Shown one piece after another: positions 30,141 to 40,214 of a stretch of 64,000 nucleotides of DNA (positions are counted from its first letter, which is position 1; each line of letters begins with the position of its first letter). The notes beneath the pieces are model-generated. The model saw only the letters and a program-made list of their open reading frames with translations, ran no database searches and was not told the origin of the DNA. The position numbers and the translations under genes were made by a program. Source of the DNA: a virus; the IMG/VR virus record IMGVR_UViG_3300045135_001049, positions 6,348 to 70,347 of that record; one strand, given 5' to 3'.

Positions 30141-31667
30141 GTGGCAAAATCAAAGACCAGATTAGTAGCTGATTATTTAAGTCAGATTGATACTGATCCA
30201 GATACTGGTGAAGTAATCAGCTCATCGGACTATACTGACAGCGCTATTTCTGGGCTTATTAGTTCAGCTCCTGATGCATTAAACACTCTTGACGAACTAG
30301 CGGCTGCAATTAACGATGATGCTGGGTATTACACTACCATTACTAACGCCCTAGCTACTAAGTACGAGAGTGGCGACGATGTTTCTCTAGGCTCCGCTAC
30401 TTTCACTGGAGACGTTTTACTAAACGAGGCTACTCCGTTTTTACGCCTACAGGAAAACAGCGCTGGAGCGAAACGCCTAGACTTGTCTGTTAACAATTCG
30501 GCGCAGGCTAAGATTGAGGCAAACCAATCAGCCTCTACAATGATTTTTAACGTTAGCTCTTCAGAAGCGCTACGACTTAACTACAACGCTAATGGAGCAG
30601 TGTTTAACGAAGGCGGAGTTGACAGAGACTTCCGTATCGAGTCCAATGACAAAAGCCATATGTTCTACCTTGATGCAGGAAATAACCGCATCGGTATTAA
30701 CGACAGCACCCCGTACGCTACGTTTGATGTTACGCACAACGGTGTAGATGACTACATCATGCGCATTGACGGTGCATCAAACTACCAAGGTTGGAAAATC
30801 GCATCGTCTACAGACTACGGTAACGGTACCGTAATAATCGAAAACGTTACAGCCCCCGGTTCAGGTACTGCTAACGGCTGGACATGGTTTAAAAACAACG
30901 GAACCATCGGTTCAGGTGGTGCTACACGCCACAGCGTTAAAATTGATGGCTACGTAGACATCGGCCAAGCTACCACGTTGGGCGAAGGACTAGTTGTTAA
31001 ACAAGGTGCCGTTATTAACGATGACGGCGCTGACTATGATTTTCGTATTGAGTCTACCGGTAGCACTCACATGGTTTACGTAGACGGCGGTAATAGCCGC
31101 TTAGGTATACGTAATTCCTCTCCTGAGTACACGTTAGATGTTGTCGGCGACATTGCGATGGCTGCCGCTACCGCGATAGTCGGTAAAGACGGCACAGGCG
31201 GCGACACTCAACTTTTATACTGGAACGGAAATACCGCTTATTGGGGCCGCAGTTCTCTTGGCGGAAGCGTTGACCAGCATGAGTTTAGAACCGGAGGCAC
31301 AACTAGGTTATCCGTAAAATTAGGCGGAGAAGTAGGACTTAGCACCAATGTCGACTTACAGACTAACAGCTCTTCTACTTCATCCACCACTCAGGCTGCT
31401 ATCTACACATTCAGCGCGACTGATTACACGGGTGCGAAACTAACCGTTTGCGTAACGGACAGTACGGCAACTGAGCGTTACATCACAGAGCTTCTTGTAA
31501 CCCACGACGGCACAACCGCTGTGTCTACAGAATATGGGCAAGTCGCTACCAATACTGCGCTTGCAGCTTTCGATGTGGATATTGTTTCTGGCAACGTGCG
31601 TGTTTTAGCAACTCCGGCATCATCTAACAGCATGACCTTCAAAGTCATGTCCACGCAACTACTCTAA
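30141..31667 (+). CDS. tail fibre-like protein
   Basis: SAPDALNTLDELAAAINDD motif, duplicated N(E/D)xGxDxDFRIES...RxGI modules; start reassigned to GTG 30141. Confidence 0.75.
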   Translation: MAKSKTRLVADYLSQIDTDPDTGEVISSSDYTDSAISGLISSAPDALNTLDELAAAINDDAGYYTTITNALATKYESGDDVSLGSATFTGDVLLNEATPFLRLQENSAGAKRLDLSVNNSAQAKIEANQSASTMIFNVSSSEALRLNYNANGAVFNEGGVDRDFRIESNDKSHMFYLDAGNNRIGINDSTPYATFDVTHNGVDDYIMRIDGASNYQGWKIASSTDYGNGTVIIENVTAPGSGTANGWTWFKNNGTIGSGGATRHSVKIDGYVDIGQATTLGEGLVVKQGAVINDDGADYDFRIESTGSTHMVYVDGGNSRLGIRNSSPEYTLDVVGDIAMAAATAIVGKDGTGGDTQLLYWNGNTAYWGRSSLGGSVDQHEFRTGGTTRLSVKLGGEVGLSTNVDLQTNSSSTSSTTQAAIYTFSATDYTGAKLTVCVTDSTATERYITELLVTHDGTTAVSTEYGQVATNTALAAFDVDIVSGNVRVLATPASSNSMTFKVMSTQLL

Positions 31668-31681
31668 GGGGACAGTGAACC

Positions 31682-34036
31682 ATGAGTAATACAAAAGCAT
31701 TTAAGATCAAGAACGGCCTTGATCTACAAGCGTACGAAAATACGCTGTCAAGTACTGGTATACGTGTTTTCGTTTACAACACAAGTAAAGACTCTGATGG
31801 CGGCGCATGGAGAAACCGCTGCCAGCACACATCGTGGTACAATGAACCGCTAAATACTAATTATCGCGGGTCGCGTAGAGATTTTCCTGTTGTGGCGGTA
31901 ATTAAATGCGAAAACGGGGGTATTGTAATTTATGATGGTGATGATCCTACGCTCCCAATGTGGATGTCTATTCCGGCGTATTACAGCCACAACTCTTTGC
32001 TAGGGTATGGTTCCAGCGGTGGTATTAAAGGCATTTACATGCTTAACGGTACGCTATGTGCTTGCGCATCTAGTGCCACATCTGACTCTAGCGTAAACGG
32101 TTTAAATGTTATTAACTTTATCTCAGACAGTGCAAAACAGTTTGACGAAGCTGGGTTGAGCTACTGGCCCGGAACAATAGCCGAAAGGACCTCTACTTCT
32201 ACAAACCTAATGTGGTACACGGCCCCCAATGACATCAAAGGCCAGACTATTTCAAGGTACATGGTGAATGTTTCCATGAGAGTTTTGCCTAATGCCAAAG
32301 TGGATGAGGCAACAGGCTTACCGCAGCCGACTATCGTACTTATGACGAATGAGGGACTGAGTGTTGTTCACGACGATGATTTAGTCCGCAGCATAGGCTA
32401 CTCTAGCTACGATGACATGCGAAGCGGGGGTATCCTAGACGACGGTAGTTTGTGGTTTACCAGTGACGCTTCGTCGAACCAAAGATGGGTGCACGTTGAT
32501 AGAACCCTTCCGACCTCAAATTCTAGCCGTGGGGCGGGTTATAACGGGGATCAAGACGACGAAATGTACCACTGCGTAGACACTAGCTGGTACGCTGGTG
32601 AGAAAATGAAACTCGTTATTGGGCAAATTAACGGGGCGGCAACAGGCATGATGAACGATATTGTCGTCGGCGATAACGACCAAGGTTTTGACATTATTCA
32701 CCGCAACCCCCTTGATCCGAAGTACGGTATGGTTGCCCATATTCAATTAGACTACAATACTGGTTGGTTGCCCGGCGGTGCAGGGTATTACAACGGTTAT
32801 AGCGGTTATTCACGAGGTACGGCATTAGCCACTTTAGCGGGTACGGATGACTCAAACCATGTCGGTACCGAGTTAGCTAACCCTAGTAATAACTTTAGTA
32901 ATTGGAGTGAACGTGCTGGTAACGGCGCGGGCTTTACAATCGAAACCGATGGAACGGTAAGCGTTGTAAACGGCGATGGATCAACGGCTGCGTGGTTAGA
33001 TTATAACTTTAGCACTACAGCCGGAAAAACTTACACAGTCGATATAAATTACACTTCGGCGAGCGGAACCGGGTTAGGTATCTATGTTAACTACGGTAGT
33101 GGCCCTAACGGGTACGAGTGGGATAGAAAACACAGCTTTGTAGCTTCAGGCTCTAATACTGCTATATCTCTCTATAGGTACCAAGGGCACATTGGTTCAG
33201 GCACTTTGTCGTCCGTTAGCGTCCGAGAAGCGGTACCTGATCGAACTGTACACGACTTAGCGCCTCAAGTTTACGGTACGGTAACTGTTGAACCAGTGGC
33301 AACAGGCGCGGAGCTTGTTTGTTACAAAGGCTTTAACGGCAGTAATTACCTGAAACGGCCTTACACGTCTAAGTTAGATTTTGGTACGGGTGATTTTTGT
33401 TATAGCTTCTGGCATGACTGTACTGAGACAGCCCCAGATCGAATTTTAATGTCACACGGTCGATATAAATATCCGGGTTCGGGGTTAAGTATTTTGCAAC
33501 GTAACTCAGCCGGTACTGCGGACGAGTTTATTTTTTATATCGGCAACTCAGGGCACATAATTTATAAAGTTGAGTCCAGAGGATGGGAGCTATGGAACGT
33601 TGTGCGTAGACAAGGGCAGGTCTTTATTTATAGAAACGGTCAGCTTGAAGGTAGTTTTGCCAACAGCTCAAGCATCGACCTTTCTGCCGCAACCGTGAAA
33701 GACTTCTACATAGGCGCGGGTATGGAGACGAGTGTTTTCAACTACGGCGCAGGTCGCTTAGCTCTCTTTAGAGTATCTGGGCAAGCTCCTACCGAAGAAA
33801 ACATTATGAAGATGTATAACGATGAGAAAGCGTTGTTTAGACCGTATGCAAAGTGTACAATGGCTGGAAACCACAATGGAGTGACAGGATTGTCGTACGA
33901 TGATTACACAGGGTTGCTGCACGTAGGCTCTGCTTCAGCGCACAGTGTGTTTGGTGGGCTTCAGCTTGTTGATAGTACTGATGATACAGTCAACTATTAC
34001 GTTTCTGCAAGCAATGGCACAGTGGTAGAGGATTAA
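31682..34036 (+). CDS. LamG/concanavalin-A-like domain virion protein
   Basis: DFGTGDFCYSFW...WELWNVVRRQGQVFIYRNGQLE LamG-like C-terminus; YNTSKDSDGGAWR N-terminal motif. Confidence 0.75.
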   Translation: MSNTKAFKIKNGLDLQAYENTLSSTGIRVFVYNTSKDSDGGAWRNRCQHTSWYNEPLNTNYRGSRRDFPVVAVIKCENGGIVIYDGDDPTLPMWMSIPAYYSHNSLLGYGSSGGIKGIYMLNGTLCACASSATSDSSVNGLNVINFISDSAKQFDEAGLSYWPGTIAERTSTSTNLMWYTAPNDIKGQTISRYMVNVSMRVLPNAKVDEATGLPQPTIVLMTNEGLSVVHDDDLVRSIGYSSYDDMRSGGILDDGSLWFTSDASSNQRWVHVDRTLPTSNSSRGAGYNGDQDDEMYHCVDTSWYAGEKMKLVIGQINGAATGMMNDIVVGDNDQGFDIIHRNPLDPKYGMVAHIQLDYNTGWLPGGAGYYNGYSGYSRGTALATLAGTDDSNHVGTELANPSNNFSNWSERAGNGAGFTIETDGTVSVVNGDGSTAAWLDYNFSTTAGKTYTVDINYTSASGTGLGIYVNYGSGPNGYEWDRKHSFVASGSNTAISLYRYQGHIGSGTLSSVSVREAVPDRTVHDLAPQVYGTVTVEPVATGAELVCYKGFNGSNYLKRPYTSKLDFGTGDFCYSFWHDCTETAPDRILMSHGRYKYPGSGLSILQRNSAGTADEFIFYIGNSGHIIYKVESRGWELWNVVRRQGQVFIYRNGQLEGSFANSSSIDLSAATVKDFYIGAGMETSVFNYGAGRLALFRVSGQAPTEENIMKMYNDEKALFRPYAKCTMAGNHNGVTGLSYDDYTGLLHVGSASAHSVFGGLQLVDSTDDTVNYYVSASNGTVVED

Positions 34037-34040
34037 GAAT

Positions 34041-35258
34041 ATGGGTATTAAAAGAACAACCCCTTCTGTTGATGTACGCCAAGAGTTAGAAAAACTAAAA
34101 CGTCCTAGCGGCGTAAAAGGCGAGCAGGTCTTACGCGCTAAAAACGTGGAAGAAGCTTTCTACGCTGTCGGCGCAGGGCGTAGAAACATAGTTATTAACG
34201 GTGATATGCGAATTGCTCAAAGAGGTAACTCCAGCACTTTTAGTCAGTCTAATAAAGGGTACAAAACCGTTGACCGTTTTAAGGTTTGGGAACAAGGCGC
34301 TCCGACCACTGTGTTTAACTTAACACAGGAAGAAGACGCTCCAAGCGAGTTTAAGTATAGTACAAAGTTTGAATGTACTACCGCAAACACAGACGGTATT
34401 CCTAGCGGGGTACATCAGTATCTTCAGTATGACGTGGAAGTCCGTGATTGCTATGGGTGGGCATGGGGTACTTCAGATGCAAAACCTTTAACATTGTCGT
34501 TTTGGGCAAAGTCAAACGTAGGGGGGGCTTATGTTGTGCGCATGGAAACAACTAATGGGGTCGACCTAGATTACTTTACTGCTCCGTACAATTTACAAGG
34601 AACAGGCGCTTGGGAGAAAATTGTCTTACATATACCCCCTAACAAGATTTCTAATACACGAAACGCAGTTGATAGTGCTCAAGGTTTTACTATGAAGTGG
34701 ATTATTCAATCTTCTACTTCGTATTCTAGTGGTAATAAGTTGGTCGGATGGGTAGACAGCCCAAGCACAAACCAACTTGAAGCAGGTCAAGTGGCGGATA
34801 TAGGAGCTAACGTAGGTAACTACTGGCAGATTACGGGTGTCCAACTTGAGATCGGTAAAGAGGCAACCCCGTTCGAGCACCGTAGCTACGGTGAAGAGTT
34901 GGCGTTGTGCCAGAGGTACTATAAAAGGTTTGACCGTACAGCTGGTAATCATTCCAATACAGCGGACGCGTACTTACCCTTTGTTTGGATAAGCCCGAAC
35001 ACTACTGATATCGCTGCAACAGTACAACATAGCCCACCAATGAGAGCTAATCCCACTATTACATTCTCGGGGACTATAACCATAACACCTAGTATGACAG
35101 TAGGAACGAGTTTTACTTCTGATTCATGGAATGCTTCCGCAGGCGGGTGCAAGGCTTCGTACATTGCCCTGACAGGAGGGTCTGGCGGTACCACAGGTTA
35201 TGCTCGTCGGTCGTACTTAAACGCTTCTTCTTACCTGGCTTTTGACGCGGAGATATAA
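34041..35258 (+). CDS. carbohydrate-binding-like tail protein
   Basis: RNIVINGDMRIAQRG...TLSFWAKS...TGVQLEIGKEATPFEHRSYGEELALCQRYY, typical of marine phage fibre genes. Confidence 0.75.
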   Translation: MGIKRTTPSVDVRQELEKLKRPSGVKGEQVLRAKNVEEAFYAVGAGRRNIVINGDMRIAQRGNSSTFSQSNKGYKTVDRFKVWEQGAPTTVFNLTQEEDAPSEFKYSTKFECTTANTDGIPSGVHQYLQYDVEVRDCYGWAWGTSDAKPLTLSFWAKSNVGGAYVVRMETTNGVDLDYFTAPYNLQGTGAWEKIVLHIPPNKISNTRNAVDSAQGFTMKWIIQSSTSYSSGNKLVGWVDSPSTNQLEAGQVADIGANVGNYWQITGVQLEIGKEATPFEHRSYGEELALCQRYYKRFDRTAGNHSNTADAYLPFVWISPNTTDIAATVQHSPPMRANPTITFSGTITITPSMTVGTSFTSDSWNASAGGCKASYIALTGGSGGTTGYARRSYLNASSYLAFDAEI

Positions 35259-35260
35259 GT

Positions 35261-35776
35261 ATGACCTACAAAACTAATGAATTTTGTGTCACTAAAGGCG
35301 AAATGACTATCCCGATTGACCCAGCTAACCGTCACTATCAAGAAATACTTGATGACGTAATCGCACAAGGAGCGGATTGTTGGGACGGAGATATTCCGGA
35401 AAGCATTCAGGCTGATGCAGACGCTAAACTTTTTGCTCAGCAGTTGTCTGATTACAAACGCGCCATGAAACGCCTTGCGCAGTACACACTTGCTACTGGG
35501 CAGGAAGAAGTAACGGAGCAGCAGCAGGGCGCTGACGAAGAATGGAACGAGAGCACCGGTGAAATGGAGCCTGTCATGGTGTCTGTAGTGGTGCAGAAAG
35601 CGATAGAACCTATCGAAGCTACTATCGAAGTCTCCGAAGCAGACGCTAACGGAAACGTCACAACCACTACTATCGACAACCCTTTAATAACGCAGGATAA
35701 TGCAGAACGTGCTGAGGCACAAGCAGTTGTCGATGCAACCCCACAAGCCGTCATTGACGCATATAACGAGGAATAA
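35261..35776 (+). CDS. tail fibre-associated protein
   Basis: IPIDPANRHYQEI motif, typically follows CQRYY-type fibre genes. Confidence 0.65.
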   Translation: MTYKTNEFCVTKGEMTIPIDPANRHYQEILDDVIAQGADCWDGDIPESIQADADAKLFAQQLSDYKRAMKRLAQYTLATGQEEVTEQQQGADEEWNESTGEMEPVMVSVVVQKAIEPIEATIEVSEADANGNVTTTTIDNPLITQDNAERAEAQAVVDATPQAVIDAYNEE

Positions 35777-35778
35777 TC

Positions 35779-36123
35779 ATGACAGCACAAGTAACTTGGT
35801 CAATTAACGACCTAAAATACAATGTTACTGACGGCGGTGTATTTGAAGTTCGCTGGTCTTGCACCGCGACTGACGACGTAGAAACAGGCTGCACCGCTGT
35901 AGAAAGTGGCAAAGCAACTTGGGAATACGACACCGAAGCTGAGGACTGGGTAGCGATTGCTGACCTGACTGAAGAGACTGTCCTTGCTTGGGTTAAAGAG
36001 CATCTAGGTGTTGACAAAGTAACCGAAATCGAAGAGAATCGTAAAGGTAAAGTCGATGCTCAAGTAGCTCGCAAAGCGCAGGTTGTATCTGGTGTGCCTT
36101 GGGCTGCCGCTACAGCTGAATAA
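35779..36123 (+). CDS. tail fibre assembly-like protein
   Basis: TWSI...V.W...DLTEETVLAWVK...GVPW family motif. Confidence 0.65.
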   Translation: MTAQVTWSINDLKYNVTDGGVFEVRWSCTATDDVETGCTAVESGKATWEYDTEAEDWVAIADLTEETVLAWVKEHLGVDKVTEIEENRKGKVDAQVARKAQVVSGVPWAAATAE

Positions 36124-36142
36124 TTTAACTTACTTATAAGGA

Positions 36143-36382
36143 ATGATAACAATGGCTAAAGATGAAAAGAAAACCATTACTATCAATGATAAAGAATACG
36201 ATCTGTCTACTTTTTCTAAAGAAGAGATTACTATGTATAACCACATTCAGGATTTGAATCGTAAACTAGATTCTGCTCTGTTTAATGTAGATCAGCTGAA
36301 AGTAGGTCAGGATGCTTTCGCAAGAATGCTTCTGAATTCTTTGGAAACTCCACAGGAAGTGGAAGAAGCCCCAGCAGCTTAA
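36143..36382 (+). CDS. small coiled-coil protein
   Basis: ITINDKEY...HIQDLNRKL...FNVDQLKVG; AAGGA SD. Confidence 0.7.
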   Translation: MITMAKDEKKTITINDKEYDLSTFSKEEITMYNHIQDLNRKLDSALFNVDQLKVGQDAFARMLLNSLETPQEVEEAPAA

Positions 36383-36387
36383 TAGGT

Positions 36388-36410
36388 AAGGGGCTTCGGC
36401 CCCTTATTTA
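36388..36410 (+). terminator. rho-independent terminator
   Basis: AAGGGGC-TTCG-GCCCCTT then ATTT. Confidence 0.8.
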
Positions 36411-36546
36411 TCAATTCTGAAAGGTAATCTAGTGAAAGATAGCTGGATCTTAGTATGTAAAAACTCTTGGTATACAACGTATGTAAATACTAAAAGTCTA
36501 GAGTACAAAAGAGTACCTACCCCCTAGTTAATTAGAAGGATATCTT

Positions 36547-36918
36547 ATGTGGTCAGTATTAGCTAAAATATTTGGTAGTGGTGATGTTATTAAATCAGGT
36601 ATTCAGCTGATTGATGACATGCATACTTCTACAGAAGAAGAAATCATGGCTAAGACAAAAGCTAAGACTGACTTGCTTGCATCTTACGCCCCATTCAAAC
36701 TAGCACAACGATACTTAGCTTTGATGTTTGCTGTCAGCTTCTTAGGTACGTTTATGCTTGTAATGGGTATGACGTTGTGGGGTAGAGGTGATATTGAAGC
36801 AGTTAAGCAAGTGCTTGGTGACTTTTACATTGGTGAGATTATGCTCACTATCGTTGCATTCTATTTTGGTGGTGGTGCTTTTGAAGGCTTGCTGGAAAAA
36901 CGACAGGTAAAAAAGTAA
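36547..36918 (+). CDS. putative holin (3TM/GTA-holin-like)
   Basis: IDDMHTSTEEE N-domain, two hydrophobic helices, FYFG motif; coupled to the endolysin. Confidence 0.7.
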   Translation: MWSVLAKIFGSGDVIKSGIQLIDDMHTSTEEEIMAKTKAKTDLLASYAPFKLAQRYLALMFAVSFLGTFMLVMGMTLWGRGDIEAVKQVLGDFYIGEIMLTIVAFYFGGGAFEGLLEKRQVKK

Positions 36919-37289
36919 TGAGCTGGAAATATTTTACTGGAAAAGAAATGTCTTGCAGCCATTGTGGTGAATGTCATATGGACAAAGAGTTTATGAAAAA
37001 ACTAGACTTTTTACGTGAGTGTTACGGTAAACCAATGACTATTACTTCTGCCTATAGATGCGCTGAACACCCTATAGAAGCTCGTAAAAGCAAGCCTGGA
37101 GCACATAATACAGGTAAAGCAGCTGACGTTGCGGTATCTAGGGGCGAAGCTCACGAGTTACTTACCCTAGCTATGCAAGCAGGGTTTAGTGGTATTGGTA
37201 TCCAACAAAAAGGTGAAGGTAGGTTTCTTCACTTAGATACTTGTACAAATAATGAAATTTCTCCTCGTCCCACTGTTTGGAGTTATTAG
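36918..37289 (+). CDS. endolysin, peptidase M15A
   Basis: CSHCG...ITSAYRC..HP...GAHNTGKAADV...GIG...FLHLD Zn-peptidase motifs. Confidence 0.88.
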   Translation: MSWKYFTGKEMSCSHCGECHMDKEFMKKLDFLRECYGKPMTITSAYRCAEHPIEARKSKPGAHNTGKAADVAVSRGEAHELLTLAMQAGFSGIGIQQKGEGRFLHLDTCTNNEISPRPTVWSY

Positions 37290-37296
37290 CATACTG

Positions 37297-37305
37297 TGGT
37301 ATAAT
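37297..37305 (+). promoter_or_regulatory. extended -10 promoter
   Basis: TGgTATAAT upstream of the portal gene. Confidence 0.55.
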
Positions 37306-37363
37306 GAGTAAAATTTTAGTCGCTATATATTAGCATGCTATACCTTGAATATTGAAGGGAACT

Positions 37364-39358
37364 ATGAAAGTTAAAAAAGCAGAATTGCTCAGCGCTTTGA
37401 AAGCCGATTTGAAAGCAGCAGAGATCCTGAAACGTGAACAGGATACTGCTATTTACAAATGGAAAGCCGAGTACAATGGCGAGCCCTATGGCAATGAGCA
37501 AAAGGGCAAATCTGCTATTGTTTCTCGTGATATCAAAAAACAATCTGAGTGGCAGCATGCTACTATTGTAGATCCGTTTGTTAGTACTACGGACGTTATT
37601 AAGTGTACTCCTATCACATTTGAAGATGAGCTAGCAGCTCGTCAAAATGAACTTCTTTTAAACACGCAGTTTTGTCGTAAATTTGACCGCTATAACTTTA
37701 TGTCTAAAGCGGTTAAAGTCCTAGACCAGGAAGGTACCCTAGTTGTACAGACTGGTTGGGATTACGAAGATAAAGAAGTAACTACTATGGCTGAAATGGT
37801 TATTACCGATGAATACGGTAGAGAAGTCATTGTAGAGCAAGAAGTTACTGAAACTGTTGTTGTTAGAAATCAACCAACTGCAAAAGTATGTCGTAACCAT
37901 GACGTATATATTGATCCTACTTGTCAAGACAACCTAGATAACGCTCAATTCGTTATTTATCGTTACGAAACTGATATGTCTACTCTTAAAAAAGACGGTA
38001 GATATAAAAATTTAGAGCAGGTGTCTAACGCTAGCATTGACGACTACGATTACACTAATACCCCTGCTGACCCTACCTACTTTAAGTTTAACGATGAACC
38101 TCGTAAGAAGATGATCGTATATGAGTACTGGGGTAACTATGACGTAAACGGTGATGGTATCGCAGAGCCTATCGTATGTTCTTGGATTAAAGATACTATT
38201 ATTCGTCTACAGTCTAATCCATACCCTGACGGCAAGCCTCCATTTATTGTTGTACCATTTAACAGCATTCCTTTCAAAATGCATGGTGAAGCTAACGCTG
38301 AGCTGATTGGCGACAACCAGAAAGTTAAGACTGCTATTATCCGTGGTATTATTGATAACATGGCACAGTCTAACAACGGGCAGGTTGCTGTACGTAAAGG
38401 CGCCCTAGATCAAATTAACCGCAAGAAGTTTATTGCTGGTCAGAACTTTGAGTTTAACGGTACCCCTAACGACTTCTGGCAGGGTAGCTACAACTCTATT
38501 CCTGGCTCCGCATTTGATATGATTGGTTTGATGAACAATGAAATCGAATCCATTACTGGTACTAAGTCTTTTAGTGGTGGTATCAATGCTGGTGCTTTGG
38601 GTGCAACTGCTACGGGTGCTAGAGGGGCTCTGGACGCTACTGCTACTCGTCGGATGAACATTGTACGTAACATCGCAGAGAACCTAGTTAAGCCTCTTAT
38701 GCGTAAGTGGATGGCTTACAATGCTGAGTTCTTAGAGGACGAAGAGATTGTACGTGTTACTAACGAAGAGTTTGTACCTGTACGTCGTGACGATCTTGAA
38801 GGACGTATCGACCTAGATATTAGTATTTCTACTGCTGAAGACAATGCAGCTAAGTCACAAGAACTGTCATTCTTGCTACAGACTCTTGGACCTAATGAAG
38901 ATCCTGCGGTACGCCGTAGTATCATGGCAGATATTATGGAACTTATGCGTATGCCTGAACAGGCTAAACGTATTCGTGAATATCAGCCACAGCCTGATCC
39001 TGTGCAAGAGCAGCTTAAGCAGCTTGAACTTCAGCGTCTTATGCTTGAGAACAAAAAACTTGAAGCAGACATTGCTGATAAAATGGCTCGTGCAAATGAA
39101 AACACTATTGATGCAGAACTTAAGAAGAACAAAGCAGCAGTTGAAGCAGCTAAAGCTCGTAAGTTAACTAGTGAAGCTGATATGACTGATCTTAAGTTTA
39201 TTAAAGAAGATGAAGGCTTTGCTCACCTAGAACGTGTTGAGATGGAAGATCTTAAACATGCACAGCGTATGCAACAGGAAGAAGCAAAGCGTCAAGCAAA
39301 TTTGGAACAAATGCTAATCCAGCAACAAGCTGGCGATAAAAACATTGGGGTAATGTAA
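37364..39358 (+). CDS. portal protein (N4 gp59-like)
   Basis: GKSAIVSRDIKKQSEW, YIDPTC, YEYWG, PYPDGKPPF, ESITGTKSFSGG, KSQELSFLLQT. Confidence 0.92.
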   Translation: MKVKKAELLSALKADLKAAEILKREQDTAIYKWKAEYNGEPYGNEQKGKSAIVSRDIKKQSEWQHATIVDPFVSTTDVIKCTPITFEDELAARQNELLLNTQFCRKFDRYNFMSKAVKVLDQEGTLVVQTGWDYEDKEVTTMAEMVITDEYGREVIVEQEVTETVVVRNQPTAKVCRNHDVYIDPTCQDNLDNAQFVIYRYETDMSTLKKDGRYKNLEQVSNASIDDYDYTNTPADPTYFKFNDEPRKKMIVYEYWGNYDVNGDGIAEPIVCSWIKDTIIRLQSNPYPDGKPPFIVVPFNSIPFKMHGEANAELIGDNQKVKTAIIRGIIDNMAQSNNGQVAVRKGALDQINRKKFIAGQNFEFNGTPNDFWQGSYNSIPGSAFDMIGLMNNEIESITGTKSFSGGINAGALGATATGARGALDATATRRMNIVRNIAENLVKPLMRKWMAYNAEFLEDEEIVRVTNEEFVPVRRDDLEGRIDLDISISTAEDNAAKSQELSFLLQTLGPNEDPAVRRSIMADIMELMRMPEQAKRIREYQPQPDPVQEQLKQLELQRLMLENKKLEADIADKMARANENTIDAELKKNKAAVEAAKARKLTSEADMTDLKFIKEDEGFAHLERVEMEDLKHAQRMQQEEAKRQANLEQMLIQQQAGDKNIGVM

Positions 39359-39714
39359 TGAGCTACATCGAAAAAGCAAGACAGAATAAAGCCAATGCTG
39401 AAAAGGCAGCGGCTTTTGACAATATGCAGCAGCAGGCAAGAGATCGTGATATGCGTTCTGCTGGTGCTAATGAAGCATACACTGCGGTAGAACGTGAGAT
39501 GATGCGTAGAGCACAAGAGCAGCAGATGCAACAGCAAATGGCTGATGCTTACAATCGTCCAGAATTCCAAGGTCCACAACCTACTTCTGCTGATTGGGTT
39601 GATGGCCTAGCTGGTAGTGTGCGTAATGCGGGTAACGCAGTTGGTAACTGGTGGACTAACACCATGAACCGTGTAAACAAGATTGATCCTTTAACTAACG
39701 AACCTAGGAAGTAA
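39358..39714 (+). CDS. Gln/Ala-rich hypothetical protein
   Basis: TAATG-coupled to portal. Confidence 0.65.
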   Translation: MSYIEKARQNKANAEKAAAFDNMQQQARDRDMRSAGANEAYTAVEREMMRRAQEQQMQQQMADAYNRPEFQGPQPTSADWVDGLAGSVRNAGNAVGNWWTNTMNRVNKIDPLTNEPRK

Positions 39715-39715
39715 G

Positions 39716-39946
39716 ATGGAAGGTTTAGCTCAGCAAATGGCGCAACCTGCAGGTGACCCTGGTGCAGGTGTGACTGTAGAACAAGTTATTCAAATGTTAA
39801 TGCAAGGTGTAGATCCTGAAGAATTGGTTAAACAGGGCATTCCTCCTGAACTGATTATGCAGGCTATTCAAATTATTGAACAACAGATGGCAGCACAGCA
39901 GGCACCAGAACAGGGCCTAGCTGCACAGAGTGTAGGCGGAATGTGA
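39716..39946 (+). CDS. small protein with GLA motifs at both ends
   Basis: MEGLAQQM...EQGLAAQSVGGM; AGGA SD. Confidence 0.7.
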   Translation: MEGLAQQMAQPAGDPGAGVTVEQVIQMLMQGVDPEELVKQGIPPELIMQAIQIIEQQMAAQQAPEQGLAAQSVGGM

Positions 39947-39947
39947 T

Positions 39948-40214
39948 ATGGCTGGATTGGCTGAAGAGTTAGCTTGTAACAAACCTAAGCGTACCCCTAA
40001 CCATAAGACTAAGTCTCATGTGGTTAAAGCTTGTGAAAATGGTAAGGAAAAGACTATTCGCTTTGGCCAGCAAGGCGTAAAAGGCTCACCTAAAAAGAAA
40101 GGTGAGTCTAAAGCATATGCAGCTAGACGCAAATCTTTTAAAGCACGTCACGCTAAGAATATTGCTAAAGGTAAGATGTCTGCGGCTTACTGGTCGAACC
40201 GCGAAAAATGGTAA
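39948..40214 (+). CDS. small basic conserved phage protein
   Basis: KSHVV...KTIRFGQQG...ARRKSFKARH...SAAYW family motif. Confidence 0.8.
   Translation: MAGLAEELACNKPKRTPNHKTKSHVVKACENGKEKTIRFGQQGVKGSPKKKGESKAYAARRKSFKARHAKNIAKGKMSAAYWSNREKW

Noticed and set aside
36432-36527. ~30-codon GTG-start ORF upstream of the holin
   Set aside because: Too short, no recognisable motif; cannot be supported
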